DNA of 64,000 nucleotides from Flavobacteriales bacterium UBA958 (lineage in GTDB: Bacteria; Bacteroidota; Bacteroidia; Flavobacteriales_D; Crocinitomicaceae): assembly GCA_002293045.1 (NCBI GenBank), contig DBCM01000070.1:14139-78138 (forward strand), in the 5' to 3' direction. Every line of letters starts with the position of its first letter. The stretch's first letter is position 1. A program made the position numbers and the translations under genes. Shown here piece after piece: positions 27,412 to 37,258 of this stretch. The notes beneath the pieces were generated by a model, which was given only the letters and a program-made list of their open reading frames with translations, made no database searches and was not told where the DNA came from.

Positions 27412-27880
27412 AATAATCAAAGGGTTCAAGGCAAACTTGGCATTGATAATGTGCCTTGCAAGCTGTACTTCCAAATTGACTGATCATCTTGGTATTGGTT
27501 TCCTTACATTTCGGACAAGGCACCACGGGAGGCTTGCTAAACAACACGCTTTTATCTACTTCTTCTACGGGTGGCGCAATGCCATATGCTTCAAGCTTTC
27601 GTTTCCCTTCCTCGGTAATCCAATCGGTAGTCCACGCGGGCGAAAGGGAGGAATTAATGGTAAACTCACTAACTCCATTGGATTTCAACATCTTTGCGAT
27701 TTCTTCTTCTATGGTAATCATAGCGGGGCACCCACTGTAGGTTGGTGTAATATCTATAACCCAACCTTTCTCCGTTGAGGCAACCGCTCGTAGAATCCCT
27801 AAATCCCGAATGGATAACACAGGAATTTCAGGGTCTTTAACCGCATCCAATAGGTTGAGAATTTCTTCCTTCGTTACCAT
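27395..27880 (-). CDS. paaD: 1,2-phenylacetyl-CoA epoxidase subunit PaaD
   Basis: 161 aa. DUF59-like N-terminus (VKDPEIPVLSIRDLGILR) plus a C-terminal Cys-rich ribbon (CPKC...CQVC). Sits in the paaABCD order. Confidence 0.8.
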   Translation of the reverse strand: MVTKEEILNLLDAVKDPEIPVLSIRDLGILRAVASTEKGWVIDITPTYSGCPAMITIEEEIAKMLKSNGVSEFTINSSLSPAWTTDWITEEGKRKLEAYGIAPPVEEVDKSVLFSKPPVVPCPKCKETNTKMISQFGSTACKAHYQCQVCLEPFDYFKCLR

Positions 27881-28623
27881 TGCATATTGGGATAAGCCCG
27901 CTGCATATATTGAAGTTGGGCCAAAAGAAAGCCCATGTGTTCTGAATGACGCCCTTGCCTCCCTGCACCAAAAAACCCTTGATTTTCTGGTAAGTTAAGT
28001 GTTGCAAGGGTTAACACGGCGAGGACTTGTTCCATCCAACGCGGTTTCAAGTCGTGTAAATTGGGAATAACCCCAGCTTTTACCAATTCACTTTCTGTTT
28101 CATCCATGTAAAACAATTCATCGGTGTATCGCCACAAATCTAAAATTGCGAACTGTGCACGTTCCTTTGATAGCTCCGTACCATCTCCTAAGCGAATAAC
28201 CCACTCTGAGGAATGCTTTAAATGATAGCGTGTTTCTTTGAGTGATTTTTCTGCGATTGCAGCTAATTGCACGTCCGTTGAAGTCAATAACTGTTCAAAC
28301 AATAATTTGCGATAGGCATCAAAGAAAAATTGACGAACCAAGGTGTCTGCAAAATTGCCATTGGGCTGTTCCACCAAAATAGTGTTTACATATTGGTGCT
28401 CTAGGCGTAAAAATGCTAAGGCATCCGCATCTCTACCTTTACCTTCCAATTGTGCCGCATAGGTATAAATATTGGTTGCTTGACCAATTAAATCCAATGA
28501 AATATTCGTGAGGGCGATGTCTTCTTCGAGAATTGGACCATGACCACATAATTCAGCCAAGCGCTGTCCTAAAATCAAACTATCGTCTCCAATCCGTAAT
28601 AAAAACTTATAGGTATGTTCCAT
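27874..28623 (-). CDS. paaC: 1,2-phenylacetyl-CoA epoxidase subunit PaaC
   Basis: 249 aa with a ferritin-like helical sequence, positioned between paaB and paaD. Confidence 0.8.
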   Translation of the reverse strand: MEHTYKFLLRIGDDSLILGQRLAELCGHGPILEEDIALTNISLDLIGQATNIYTYAAQLEGKGRDADALAFLRLEHQYVNTILVEQPNGNFADTLVRQFFFDAYRKLLFEQLLTSTDVQLAAIAEKSLKETRYHLKHSSEWVIRLGDGTELSKERAQFAILDLWRYTDELFYMDETESELVKAGVIPNLHDLKPRWMEQVLAVLTLATLNLPENQGFFGAGRQGRHSEHMGFLLAQLQYMQRAYPNMQW

Positions 28624-28625
28624 AA

Positions 28626-28913
28626 TTACATGTGTTCAATGCCATCAGGCAGGTCATAAAACGTGGGATGCCGATACACTTTAGAATCTGCGGGCTCAAA
28701 ATACGCCTCAGAATCTGAAGGATCAGAAGCCGTAATCAGCGCCGATTGTACCACCCAAATGGAAATCCCTTCGGACCTTCTGGTGTACACATCACGGGCA
28801 TTTTGCAGAGCCATTGCGGAGTCTGGAGCTCTCAGGCTTCCAACATGTTTATGGTTAAGTCCTTGTTTGCTACGAATAAAAACTTCCCATAGCGGCCATT
28901 CGTTCGTTGACAT
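28626..28913 (-). CDS. paaB: 1,2-phenylacetyl-CoA epoxidase subunit PaaB
   Basis: 95 aa. WPLWEVFIRSK.GL.HKHVGSL.A is a typical PaaB N-terminus. Confidence 0.85.
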   Translation of the reverse strand: MSTNEWPLWEVFIRSKQGLNHKHVGSLRAPDSAMALQNARDVYTRRSEGISIWVVQSALITASDPSDSEAYFEPADSKVYRHPTFYDLPDGIEHM

Positions 28914-28933
28914 GGTATGAAATTTAGATTGTA

Positions 28934-29878
28934 TTACGATTTATGTTTTTTTGCGTAGGCCATGGCAGCTTCTCGAACCCATGCACCCTCTTCTTTTGCC
29001 TTTACTCGAGCTTCAATGCGCTCCTTGTTGCATGGGCCATTTCCGTTGACCACTTGCCAAAATTCATCCCAATCAATTGCTCCAAAATCATAGTGACCTT
29101 TGGCTTCATTCCATTTCAAGTTAGGATCAGGAATCTTTAACCCAATTAATTCAGCCTGTGGAACTGTTGCATCTACAAACGACTGCCTTAATTCATCATT
29201 AGTGAATCGCTTGATTCTCCAGCGCATCGATTGTTCGGTATGCTTCGACTCGGCATCGCTTGGTCCAAACATCATTAAGGCCGGCCACCAAAAGCGATTC
29301 AGTGCATCTTGCGCCATTTCGCGCTGTGCTTCCGTTCCATTCATGAGGGTAGTCATGATTTCATATCCTTGACGTTGATGGAACGATTCTTCTTTACAAA
29401 TTTTTACCATGGCTCGGGCATATGGACCGTACGACGTTCTGCACAGAGCTACTTGATTCATGATGGCTGCACCATCAACCAACCAACCAATCGCACCCAT
29501 ATCGGCCCACGACAGGGTTGGATAATTAAAAATCGAAGAATATTTTACTTTTCCTGAATGAAGATCATCTATGGTTTCTTCTCTACTTATTCCCAAGGTC
29601 TCTGTTGCAGAGTATAAGTATAAGCCGTGGCCTGCTTCATCTTGCACCTTAGCTAACAATACTGCCTTTCTGCGCAGCGAAGGGGCACGGGTGATCCAAT
29701 TTCCCTCAGGCAACATACCTACAATCTCGCTGTGCGCATGCTGTGAAATCTGCCGAATTAGGGTTTTTCGATAGGTGTCTGGCATCCAATCATTGGGCTC
29801 AATTTTAATATCCGCATCAATTTTTGCTTGAAATTTCTCTGCTAATTTTTCTTGCGTTAATGTTTCCATGTCTTCCAA
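28934..29878 (-). CDS. paaA: 1,2-phenylacetyl-CoA epoxidase catalytic subunit PaaA
   Basis: 314 aa. Di-iron ferritin-like motifs QHAHSEI...QDEAGHG...EESFHQRQG. Confidence 0.9.
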   Translation of the reverse strand: MEDMETLTQEKLAEKFQAKIDADIKIEPNDWMPDTYRKTLIRQISQHAHSEIVGMLPEGNWITRAPSLRRKAVLLAKVQDEAGHGLYLYSATETLGISREETIDDLHSGKVKYSSIFNYPTLSWADMGAIGWLVDGAAIMNQVALCRTSYGPYARAMVKICKEESFHQRQGYEIMTTLMNGTEAQREMAQDALNRFWWPALMMFGPSDAESKHTEQSMRWRIKRFTNDELRQSFVDATVPQAELIGLKIPDPNLKWNEAKGHYDFGAIDWDEFWQVVNGNGPCNKERIEARVKAKEEGAWVREAAMAYAKKHKS

Positions 29879-30006
29879 TTATTACACAAATATACTCAAA
29901 TCAAATCCTAAAAAAATGGGTAAAATTCTAGTGCATCAGAATCTTATTTTTCATATGAACAAGAGTTCGAATTGATTTGTTTAATTTTGGCCACACAATA
30001 CGTGAT

Positions 30007-31074
30007 ATGTCTCTTAAATTTCATTCCATTACACTTTCAGCAATTCGCTCATTGACGGACGATTCGGCAGAATTTTCATTTAATATCCCCTCTGATTTAC
30101 AGGGCTTATTTTCCTACAAAGCCGGACAATATCTAACGTTTAAAGCCCATATTAATGGGGAAGAAGTTCGGCGTTCATATTCCTTGTGCAGTGCCCCTCA
30201 TGAAGGACAGTGGCAAGTCGGTATAAAGCGCGTTACTTCTGGCCTTTTTTCTAATTACGCCATGGATCACTTGCATGCGGGCGCAACGTTAGAAGTAATG
30301 CCCCCAGCGGGAAACTTCAAATACGAAACGAATCCTTCCGCAAATAAGCACATTGTTTTATTTGCCGCGGGAAGTGGCATCACCCCTATCTTATCCATTG
30401 CCAAAACGATTTTACATGACGAACCCCATTCTTCCGTGACATTATTCTTCGGAAATAAAGGATTTTCAAAAGTGATGTTCGCAGAAGAATTGGAACAACT
30501 AAAAAACAACTACCTCACCCGCTTTCGTCTTTTTCATGTATTTAGTCAAGAAAGCCAGGGCATTCCGATTCAAAAAGGCCGAATTGATCAAGAACGATTA
30601 GCTGACTTACACCGTGCATTTTTAACTCACGATACCATCGATGGTGTGTATGTGTGTGGTCCCGAGGAAATGATCTTGAACGTAAAATCCTTTTTTGAAG
30701 AAAAGGGAATTGCTTCAGGTCAAATTCATTTCGAATTGTTTCATTCAGGCAAGGCAAAAAGCTCCGGGACGACCGAAGACATTCGAAAGGTAAGTACTTG
30801 TGAGGTTGAACTAATTATTGACGACGACTCTATTTACTTTCAAATGGAAGCGTCGGATAAAAACTTATTAGACGCAGCGCAACGTGCCGGAGCCGATGTA
30901 CCGTTCGCCTGTAAAGGAGGCGTATGTTGTACATGCAAGGCAAAGATATTAGAAGGAGAAGCCGAAATGTTAGTAAATTATGCCCTGGAGCCTGAGGAGG
31001 TGGAAATGGGGTATGTATTGACCTGTCAAGCTATACCCACCAGCAATAAAATAACCATCTCATTTGACGAATAA
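30007..31074 (+). CDS. paaE: phenylacetate-CoA oxygenase reductase subunit PaaE (FNR-like plus plant-type 2Fe-2S)
   Basis: ATG at 30007 (the track starts at an upstream TTG at 29977). RRSYSLCS FAD motif, AAGSGITP NAD motif, C-terminal CKGGVCCTCKAKILEGE...VLTCQA ferredoxin. Confidence 0.85.
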   Translation: MSLKFHSITLSAIRSLTDDSAEFSFNIPSDLQGLFSYKAGQYLTFKAHINGEEVRRSYSLCSAPHEGQWQVGIKRVTSGLFSNYAMDHLHAGATLEVMPPAGNFKYETNPSANKHIVLFAAGSGITPILSIAKTILHDEPHSSVTLFFGNKGFSKVMFAEELEQLKNNYLTRFRLFHVFSQESQGIPIQKGRIDQERLADLHRAFLTHDTIDGVYVCGPEEMILNVKSFFEEKGIASGQIHFELFHSGKAKSSGTTEDIRKVSTCEVELIIDDDSIYFQMEASDKNLLDAAQRAGADVPFACKGGVCCTCKAKILEGEAEMLVNYALEPEEVEMGYVLTCQAIPTSNKITISFDE

Positions 31075-31075
31075 C

Positions 31076-32119
31076 ATGGGAATCTTTTCATTTTTAACCG
31101 GGAGTAAAACACTGCAGTGGGCCTCCCTCAACGTAACGAAAAAAGAACAACTCTCCGAAGACTTCGTGGTCTTAACCCTAGAGAAAAACAGCAAAGATTC
31201 CTTTGAAACGAATTTTACACCCGGACAATACGTTACCCTAGAAATTGAGCAAAAAGGAGTTCAAATTAGGAGGTCGTACTCCATCTGTGGAAAATCCGAA
31301 AATGGCTTCAAAATTGGTGTAAAGCGAATCGAAGGGGGGCAAATGTCTCCGTATCTGCATGATCATTTATCGCTTGGAGCAACTATACGCGTTCACATAC
31401 CTGAAGGTAATTTTATTTTAAACGGGGAGCAGCATATTTGTGCCTTCGTTGCCGGAAGTGGAATAACACCGGTTGCCTCTATGATCGAAGCGCATCATCC
31501 AGGGAAAAGTTTCAGGGTGTTTTTTGGGGTGAAACGAGCGAGCGATGTAGTGTTTAAGTCGCTTCTTGACGCCATTAAATCCACCGTGTATCTCAGTCAA
31601 GAACACCAAGAAGGGTACAAACATGGACGCTTAACCTACGATGCTTTAATGGAGGAATTGAAAGCAGATTTATCACTCCTTCAAGCCGATGTTTATTTGT
31701 TGTGTGGCCCCATTGAATTCATGCAAGAAATAGAGCGGGGCTTATTATTTTTTGGAGTGCCTGAAACAAAGATTAAACGAGAGTATTTTACCCCCCCGAA
31801 AAAGGAACTTACCAAGGACAACACAAATAAAATCAATGGGCCGGTAGCCATTACCGCTATCTTGGATGGTCAAACCCACGAATTCACCTTTCAAGCAGGT
31901 AAGAAAACTTTATTGGAAGGACTTGAAGAACAACGCTTAGATCCACCCTATTCTTGTCGCGGAGGGGTGTGCAGTTCTTGCCGAGCAAAAGTTACTTCCG
32001 GAAAGGTAAGCATGCGCCAGAATTATACCTTAACAGATAAAGAAGTCGCCGCTGGGTATATCCTAACCTGCCAATCCGATCCGTGTTCAGAAACTGTAAG
32101 CATAAGCTTTGATGAATAA
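31076..32119 (+). CDS. second PaaE-like ferredoxin-NAD(P) reductase (tandem paralog)
   Basis: ATG at 31076, 2 nt after the paaE stop. RRSYSICG, VAGSGITP, and C-terminal CRGGVCSSCRAKVTSGK...ILTCQS. Confidence 0.8.
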   Translation: MGIFSFLTGSKTLQWASLNVTKKEQLSEDFVVLTLEKNSKDSFETNFTPGQYVTLEIEQKGVQIRRSYSICGKSENGFKIGVKRIEGGQMSPYLHDHLSLGATIRVHIPEGNFILNGEQHICAFVAGSGITPVASMIEAHHPGKSFRVFFGVKRASDVVFKSLLDAIKSTVYLSQEHQEGYKHGRLTYDALMEELKADLSLLQADVYLLCGPIEFMQEIERGLLFFGVPETKIKREYFTPPKKELTKDNTNKINGPVAITAILDGQTHEFTFQAGKKTLLEGLEEQRLDPPYSCRGGVCSSCRAKVTSGKVSMRQNYTLTDKEVAAGYILTCQSDPCSETVSISFDE

Positions 32120-32801
32120 GTACATTGTTGTTTGCGGGACGTCAAGAGGTATTGGAAAAGCAATACTCTCTCATTTATCCATAAACCCGGAACTTCACAT
32201 CCTTGCTCTCAGTAGAGACATCACCGCTTTGGCAGAAATGTATGCGGATAACCAACGTGTTACGCTGATTCCATTCGACTTAACGCTGCCGGTGGAGCCT
32301 CAGCTTAATGAGCAATTTAAAGAAATTAAAGCCATTCATGGATTGATCAACAACGCCGGGTATCTGGAACAAGGCACAGCAGAAACCCTCTCCATAGAAG
32401 CTTACCACCGATGTATGCAAACTAATTTTTTCGGACCGGTTGCTTTAATTCAATGGCTATTTCCAAGACTGGTAGCGGGTAAAGCGCATGTAGTGAATAT
32501 TAGTACCATGGGTGCTTATCAAGGGAGCGTAAAATTTCCAGGGCTTTCAGCCTATGCAGCGTCGAAGGCAGCAATAACAAATTTCACGGAAGTCTTTGCA
32601 GAGGAACAAAAAGACAGCGGAATTCGAATGAATTGCCTGTGCTTAGGCGCAGTGAATACCGAGATGCTTCGAGAAGCATTCCCCGGCTATGTAGCTTCGA
32701 CCAGTGCTGAAGAAATGGGTTCGTATATTGCTGAATTCACGTTGCGAAGCGGACAGGTTTTTAATGGGAAAATCCTTCCGGTATCGTCGAGCACCCCCTG
32801 A
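32112..32801 (+). CDS. SDR family oxidoreductase
   Basis: VVCGTSRGIGKA dinucleotide motif, NNAG, and YAASKAA catalytic Y-x3-K. The ATG overlaps the upstream stop (ATGAATAA). Confidence 0.85.
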   Translation: MNKYIVVCGTSRGIGKAILSHLSINPELHILALSRDITALAEMYADNQRVTLIPFDLTLPVEPQLNEQFKEIKAIHGLINNAGYLEQGTAETLSIEAYHRCMQTNFFGPVALIQWLFPRLVAGKAHVVNISTMGAYQGSVKFPGLSAYAASKAAITNFTEVFAEEQKDSGIRMNCLCLGAVNTEMLREAFPGYVASTSAEEMGSYIAEFTLRSGQVFNGKILPVSSSTP

Positions 32802-32847
32802 GCGAAAAGCACTTTGTTTTCATTGGCATTTTTGATACATTTACAAG

Positions 32848-33843
32848 GTGAAGCGAATTGTTATACTTAGTGCGTTAGTGGTAAATTTCATGGTTTATGG
32901 ACAAGACATCCATTGGTCACAATTCAACGACAATCCCATCTTTCAAAATCCAGCAAATACGGGAGAATTTAATGGGGATACACGATTCATAGGAAATTTC
33001 CGAGATCAGTGGCGCAGTGTTTCTGTTCCATTTCAAACATTCAATGTGTGTGTTGATCGAAAAGCAAAGCATTTCAATTACGGGCTATTCATGTTTCATG
33101 ATCAAGCGGGAGATGGCACGCTTAAAACCATTGAAGCGATGGTTACCTTGTCAAAAACATTTAAAATCACCCCAGACTCCCTTCATATTATCACAGGAGG
33201 CATCAACCTAGGCATCAATCACAGGCAAGTAAATACAGACGCGTTCTACTTTGACTCCCAATACAACGGGTACATCTTTAATCCCTTATTGCCCACCAAT
33301 GAAACGTTTCAAACAGATCGTAAAACCAATGCCAATCTTGGGGTAGGTGCACAATACGGACTGAATATCTCTTCTCGCCATTACCTAAAAGTAGGATTAA
33401 GCGCATTTAATTTAAATCAACCGAACCAAGGATTTTATCAGGATGTCATTAAGCGAGACCTACGATGGGTCTGGCAAGTTAAATATAGCCAGGCAATCAA
33501 TGCACGCTGGGATATCTTGCCTTCGTTACAATATTCCAAACAAGGAACATACGATGAATTAATGTTGGGCAGTTCTGTACGGTACTATTTACCAGGAAGC
33601 AATCGAAATTACATTCACAAGGCATTATTGGCGGGCGTTTGGTCGCGTGCTAGAGATGCACAGATTTTATCGGTTGGCTGTGAATACAAGGACTGGTTTG
33701 TTGGTTTAAGTTATGACATTAATACCTCAAAGTTAGTGCCCGCAAGCAAAGCACGTGGAGGCTTTGAAATTGCCGTTCGTTATATCATGTATCGTTTTAA
33801 ACCGAAGCGAATTGACCATCGCGTATGCCCAGACTTTATCTAA
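32848..33843 (+). CDS. PorP/SprF family type IX secretion system membrane protein
   Basis: GTG start. Signal peptide, then QDIHWSQFNDNPIFQNPANTGEF, the typical PorP/SprF N-terminal signature. About 330 aa beta-barrel size. Confidence 0.8.
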   Translation: MKRIVILSALVVNFMVYGQDIHWSQFNDNPIFQNPANTGEFNGDTRFIGNFRDQWRSVSVPFQTFNVCVDRKAKHFNYGLFMFHDQAGDGTLKTIEAMVTLSKTFKITPDSLHIITGGINLGINHRQVNTDAFYFDSQYNGYIFNPLLPTNETFQTDRKTNANLGVGAQYGLNISSRHYLKVGLSAFNLNQPNQGFYQDVIKRDLRWVWQVKYSQAINARWDILPSLQYSKQGTYDELMLGSSVRYYLPGSNRNYIHKALLAGVWSRARDAQILSVGCEYKDWFVGLSYDINTSKLVPASKARGGFEIAVRYIMYRFKPKRIDHRVCPDFI

Positions 33844-36023
33844 CCCTTGTTGTAACGATGTTGGTCTTCTGCGTGGGAGGCCAAGTAAAACTAAAGGATT
33901 TAATCTCTTTCGGTGATGAACAATTTCAAAAAGGGGATTATTATTACGCCACTAAACTTTACGAACAAGCCATCGCAATGGATTCTTTAACGGTTGATTT
34001 ACATTGGAAGCAAGCAGAAACACAGCGAGCATATAAAAACTACGCTGAAGCGGCAAAATGGTATGCAAAAGTGTATGCAGAGGACCCTGAACAGGTCTAT
34101 CCCAATGCGCTTATATACTACGCCCTTATGGTTAAACAAACCGGGGATTACACTCAAGCATTGGGCCTGTTTAAAAAAGCATATAAAGCCGCGGCAACAT
34201 TTCCTGATGAATTTGCTTACATTAAAGCAAAGCAGGAAATAAAATCAACGGAATTCGCCATTAAATCCATCGTGCGCTCTCCAGAGCCAATCCTTCCAAT
34301 GCCAGACAGCATTAATTCCTTTGATGCGGAATTTGGACATTTATTCAAGAATGGGGTATTTTACTTTTCCTCCTTAAAGGCCGATTCAATCAACACCAAT
34401 GAAGAGGTGTATACGAAGTACTACAGAACCAGAACGTACACCGCTGACTTTGATTCATCCAAAAAAACGTATTCATCTCCAAAACAATGGGAACAATTAT
34501 CAATACCAGAACGCAGCACTGGAAATGGGAGTTTTGATGACCAGGGATGGTATTACTACAGTATTTGTAATGATAAGGGGTATAACTATCAATGCAAAAT
34601 CGCTCGATTTAAGCAGGAACATGGGAATACTCGCATAGATACATTACCCGGGATTATTAATATGGAAGGGGCGAATACCACAAATCCGTGTTGGGTTAGG
34701 CTGAAGAATGGGAAAAGCTATCTGTTCTTTTCGTCAGACCGCGAAGGAGGTAAGGGTGGGATGGATATATGGATGGCTGGAATCAAGGCAAACGGAACCT
34801 TTGATACCCCAAAGAATCTTGCCGCTATAAACAGCATTGAACATGACATCACCCCGTGGATGGATGTGGATTCAAACCGTTTGTACTTCTCATCACCCTG
34901 GCATTATGGCTATGGTGGATATGATGTATTCGAGTCTAATCTTCAAGATAAAATGCAATTCACGAAACCAAAAAATGTGGGCAGGCCTATAAATAGTCCG
35001 GCAAATGATTTGTACTTTTTTAGGCAAGCAGACAGTATTTTCGTGTCCTCGAACCGCTTAGGGAGTAAATCAAAGAAAAATCCAACCTGTTGCAGTGATA
35101 TATATTACGGGAGAATTGAGCGTCCAAGCATTATCCCTCCTCCCCCCGACAGCATTCCATCAGACAGCAATCGCATTGAATTTCCGGTGGCGTTATACTT
35201 TAGAAATGATTACCCAAATCCGAAATCCTACGCTAAAAAAAGCAATGTACCCTATGACATCCTATATATGGATTATGTAACTGCGAGAAAAGGATATTTA
35301 GACAGTGTAAGTGATAAAAATGGCTTAGCTGAATTTTTCACCAACAAAGTTGATCGAGGTTACAGCGTATTACTCATGTTATATGATTCTGTCCGGAATG
35401 AACTAGCACGAGGAAATTCGGTACAGCTTTTTGCCCGAGGATATGCGAGTCCTTTGAATGTTACGCAGTACAACGTGAACTTAACCCAACGGAGGATATC
35501 ATCGGTACAGCGGTTCTTTTTAGAGTATCAACAGGGTGCACTTAAAGACCTGCTTTCAAAAAACAAAGCAATTTCATTAGACATTGTAGAAGTTCCCTTA
35601 GGAGAATTTGCAGCCAATCAAAACACCTCCGATAATCTGCAAGATAAAGCAGCCTCCGTATACTCGGTTGCCGCGAGTATTGAGCGAAAGGTGGAAATCC
35701 TGTATATGACCCGAATTCAACATCAAAATTTACAACAGATTACGGCAGAACCGCTGGTGCAGCAAGATGAACTAAAAGAGGGCAGCAGCATTACAAAACG
35801 GATTTCTCTGAGGCACGACGCCAGTGAATTAACCTTAAGTGAAGTGAAATTTAGTCAAGAAGGCTTAACTTATGAAATGAAATCTATGGCGGAAAATGAA
35901 TCTGAAATCGTCTTTACCTTCACCCCTATATTTACCGGAAAACACGCAAGCTGCTACGCGGATTTATATTTTGAAGACATCAAAGAACCATTGCGTGTGT
36001 ATTTTACCTTTTTGAAAAAATAA
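33825..36023 (+). CDS. TPR / PD40-like / OmpA-like C-terminal domain protein (common PorP/SprF neighbour)
   Basis: 732 aa with an N-terminal signal and TPR-like helices (GDYYYATKLYEQAIAMD, YKNYAEAAKWYAKVY). Repeats of the type SPANDLYFF. The OmpA-like segment ARGYASPL...YNVNLTQRRISSVQRFF is degenerate. Confidence 0.55.
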   Translation: MPRLYLTLVVTMLVFCVGGQVKLKDLISFGDEQFQKGDYYYATKLYEQAIAMDSLTVDLHWKQAETQRAYKNYAEAAKWYAKVYAEDPEQVYPNALIYYALMVKQTGDYTQALGLFKKAYKAAATFPDEFAYIKAKQEIKSTEFAIKSIVRSPEPILPMPDSINSFDAEFGHLFKNGVFYFSSLKADSINTNEEVYTKYYRTRTYTADFDSSKKTYSSPKQWEQLSIPERSTGNGSFDDQGWYYYSICNDKGYNYQCKIARFKQEHGNTRIDTLPGIINMEGANTTNPCWVRLKNGKSYLFFSSDREGGKGGMDIWMAGIKANGTFDTPKNLAAINSIEHDITPWMDVDSNRLYFSSPWHYGYGGYDVFESNLQDKMQFTKPKNVGRPINSPANDLYFFRQADSIFVSSNRLGSKSKKNPTCCSDIYYGRIERPSIIPPPPDSIPSDSNRIEFPVALYFRNDYPNPKSYAKKSNVPYDILYMDYVTARKGYLDSVSDKNGLAEFFTNKVDRGYSVLLMLYDSVRNELARGNSVQLFARGYASPLNVTQYNVNLTQRRISSVQRFFLEYQQGALKDLLSKNKAISLDIVEVPLGEFAANQNTSDNLQDKAASVYSVAASIERKVEILYMTRIQHQNLQQITAEPLVQQDELKEGSSITKRISLRHDASELTLSEVKFSQEGLTYEMKSMAENESEIVFTFTPIFTGKHASCYADLYFEDIKEPLRVYFTFLKK

Positions 36024-36042
36024 CTTTCCCCAGAGAATCTAC

Positions 36043-36050
36043 TACCTTTG
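36043..36050 (+). promoter_or_regulatory. -7 promoter box TACCTTTG, 5 nt upstream of the ATG
   Basis: actacctttgt is identical to the 11-mer at 25641-25651. Confidence 0.4.
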
Positions 36051-36055
36051 TCTGC

Positions 36056-37258
36056 ATGAGCATGGATAAAAAACAACTGAAACCTAGGCTTTATTTTATT
36101 GATTTCGCCCGATCGATTGCTATCATAATGATGTTGGAGGGCCATTTTACAGGGGCAGCCTTAGCCAATTCGTATAGAGACAGCTCCAACTGGATCTTTT
36201 CCTTTTGGCATAATTTACACGGATTAACGTCTCCATTATTTTTTACCACGAGCGGATTGATATTTGTCTATTTACTAACTGGAACCTCACCCGAGATTGC
36301 CTATCTCAAAAATGATCGCGTTCGAAAAGGATTCAAGCGGGTTGCTGAGTTATTATTTTGGGGATACCTTATTCAATTGTCATTTTTTACCCTCGGGAAA
36401 GACATTTACTATGGATCGGAATGGCATTTAGATTGGTTCTATGCCTTTCATGTCCTTCAATCTATTGGCGTTGGGATTTTTCTTTTGTTGGTATTATTCG
36501 GGTTGAAAAAATTGATCAAGGTTGGAGCAATGCACTGGTATTACTTAGTCAGTGCACTTTCGATCTTAGTTGCTTATGCCTTCCTCAAAGATTATATTAA
36601 ACACGATGAAATTCAAATCTCTCACGGAAATGCTCCCAGTTATTGGCCGCAGGGTTTCCCTAAGGTGATTCAAAACATGTTTTATGGTCCCTTCTCGGAT
36701 TTTGGTATGCTGCGATATTCCAGTTATGTATTGCTCGGAGGGGTTATTGGAAGCCTTGTTCGGACCTATGAAAAACACTCTAAACAGGCGTGGTTCGGAT
36801 TAAGCTTCGTTACGTTGGGGCTATGTTTAAATCTATTTATTCAACCTGTCTTGCATGGATTAGACGGACTCATTGAATCCACTGGAATGATCGGGCATAG
36901 TGTCCTGGAATTAGATGCGACTCATTTTGTTCGCTTTGGTCAAGTCCTTATATTACTTGGTACGTTGATGTTTTTAGACGGTCGCGTAAACATTAATTTT
37001 CCGCGCTTTCTTAAAATGGGCCAAAACACCTTTCCAATCTATATTATTCACGTAATTATACTTTATGGGGGTATTTTCGGTTTCGGACTTGTTCCTTATG
37101 CATTTAACCGAGATTTAGATCCGTATTCTAGTGCCGGGATTTCAGCCTTAGCGGTCTTGTTTTTCTTCCTTATGACTCAATATATTGAGCCGTTGGAAGC
37201 TTTTTATCACCGAATTTTAGTGGCTCTAAAGATCCGAAAACCCCGTCCTACTTCTTGA
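36056..37258 (+). CDS. polytopic membrane protein, DUF1624 / heparan-alpha-glucosaminide N-acetyltransferase-like
   Basis: 400 aa with about 10 hydrophobic helices. N-terminal RLYFIDFARSIAIIMMLEGH resembles the acyltransferase_3/DUF1624 signature. Confidence 0.5.
   Translation: MSMDKKQLKPRLYFIDFARSIAIIMMLEGHFTGAALANSYRDSSNWIFSFWHNLHGLTSPLFFTTSGLIFVYLLTGTSPEIAYLKNDRVRKGFKRVAELLFWGYLIQLSFFTLGKDIYYGSEWHLDWFYAFHVLQSIGVGIFLLLVLFGLKKLIKVGAMHWYYLVSALSILVAYAFLKDYIKHDEIQISHGNAPSYWPQGFPKVIQNMFYGPFSDFGMLRYSSYVLLGGVIGSLVRTYEKHSKQAWFGLSFVTLGLCLNLFIQPVLHGLDGLIESTGMIGHSVLELDATHFVRFGQVLILLGTLMFLDGRVNINFPRFLKMGQNTFPIYIIHVIILYGGIFGFGLVPYAFNRDLDPYSSAGISALAVLFFFLMTQYIEPLEAFYHRILVALKIRKPRPTS

Noticed and set aside
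29879-30006. Small palindromes (GAACaagaGTTC, TTCGAA) in the divergent paaA/paaE promoter region as a PaaX/PaaR-type operator.
   Set aside because: They are short and unremarkable for AT-rich intergenic DNA. No cognate regulator is adjacent, and I cannot match them to a known operator consensus.
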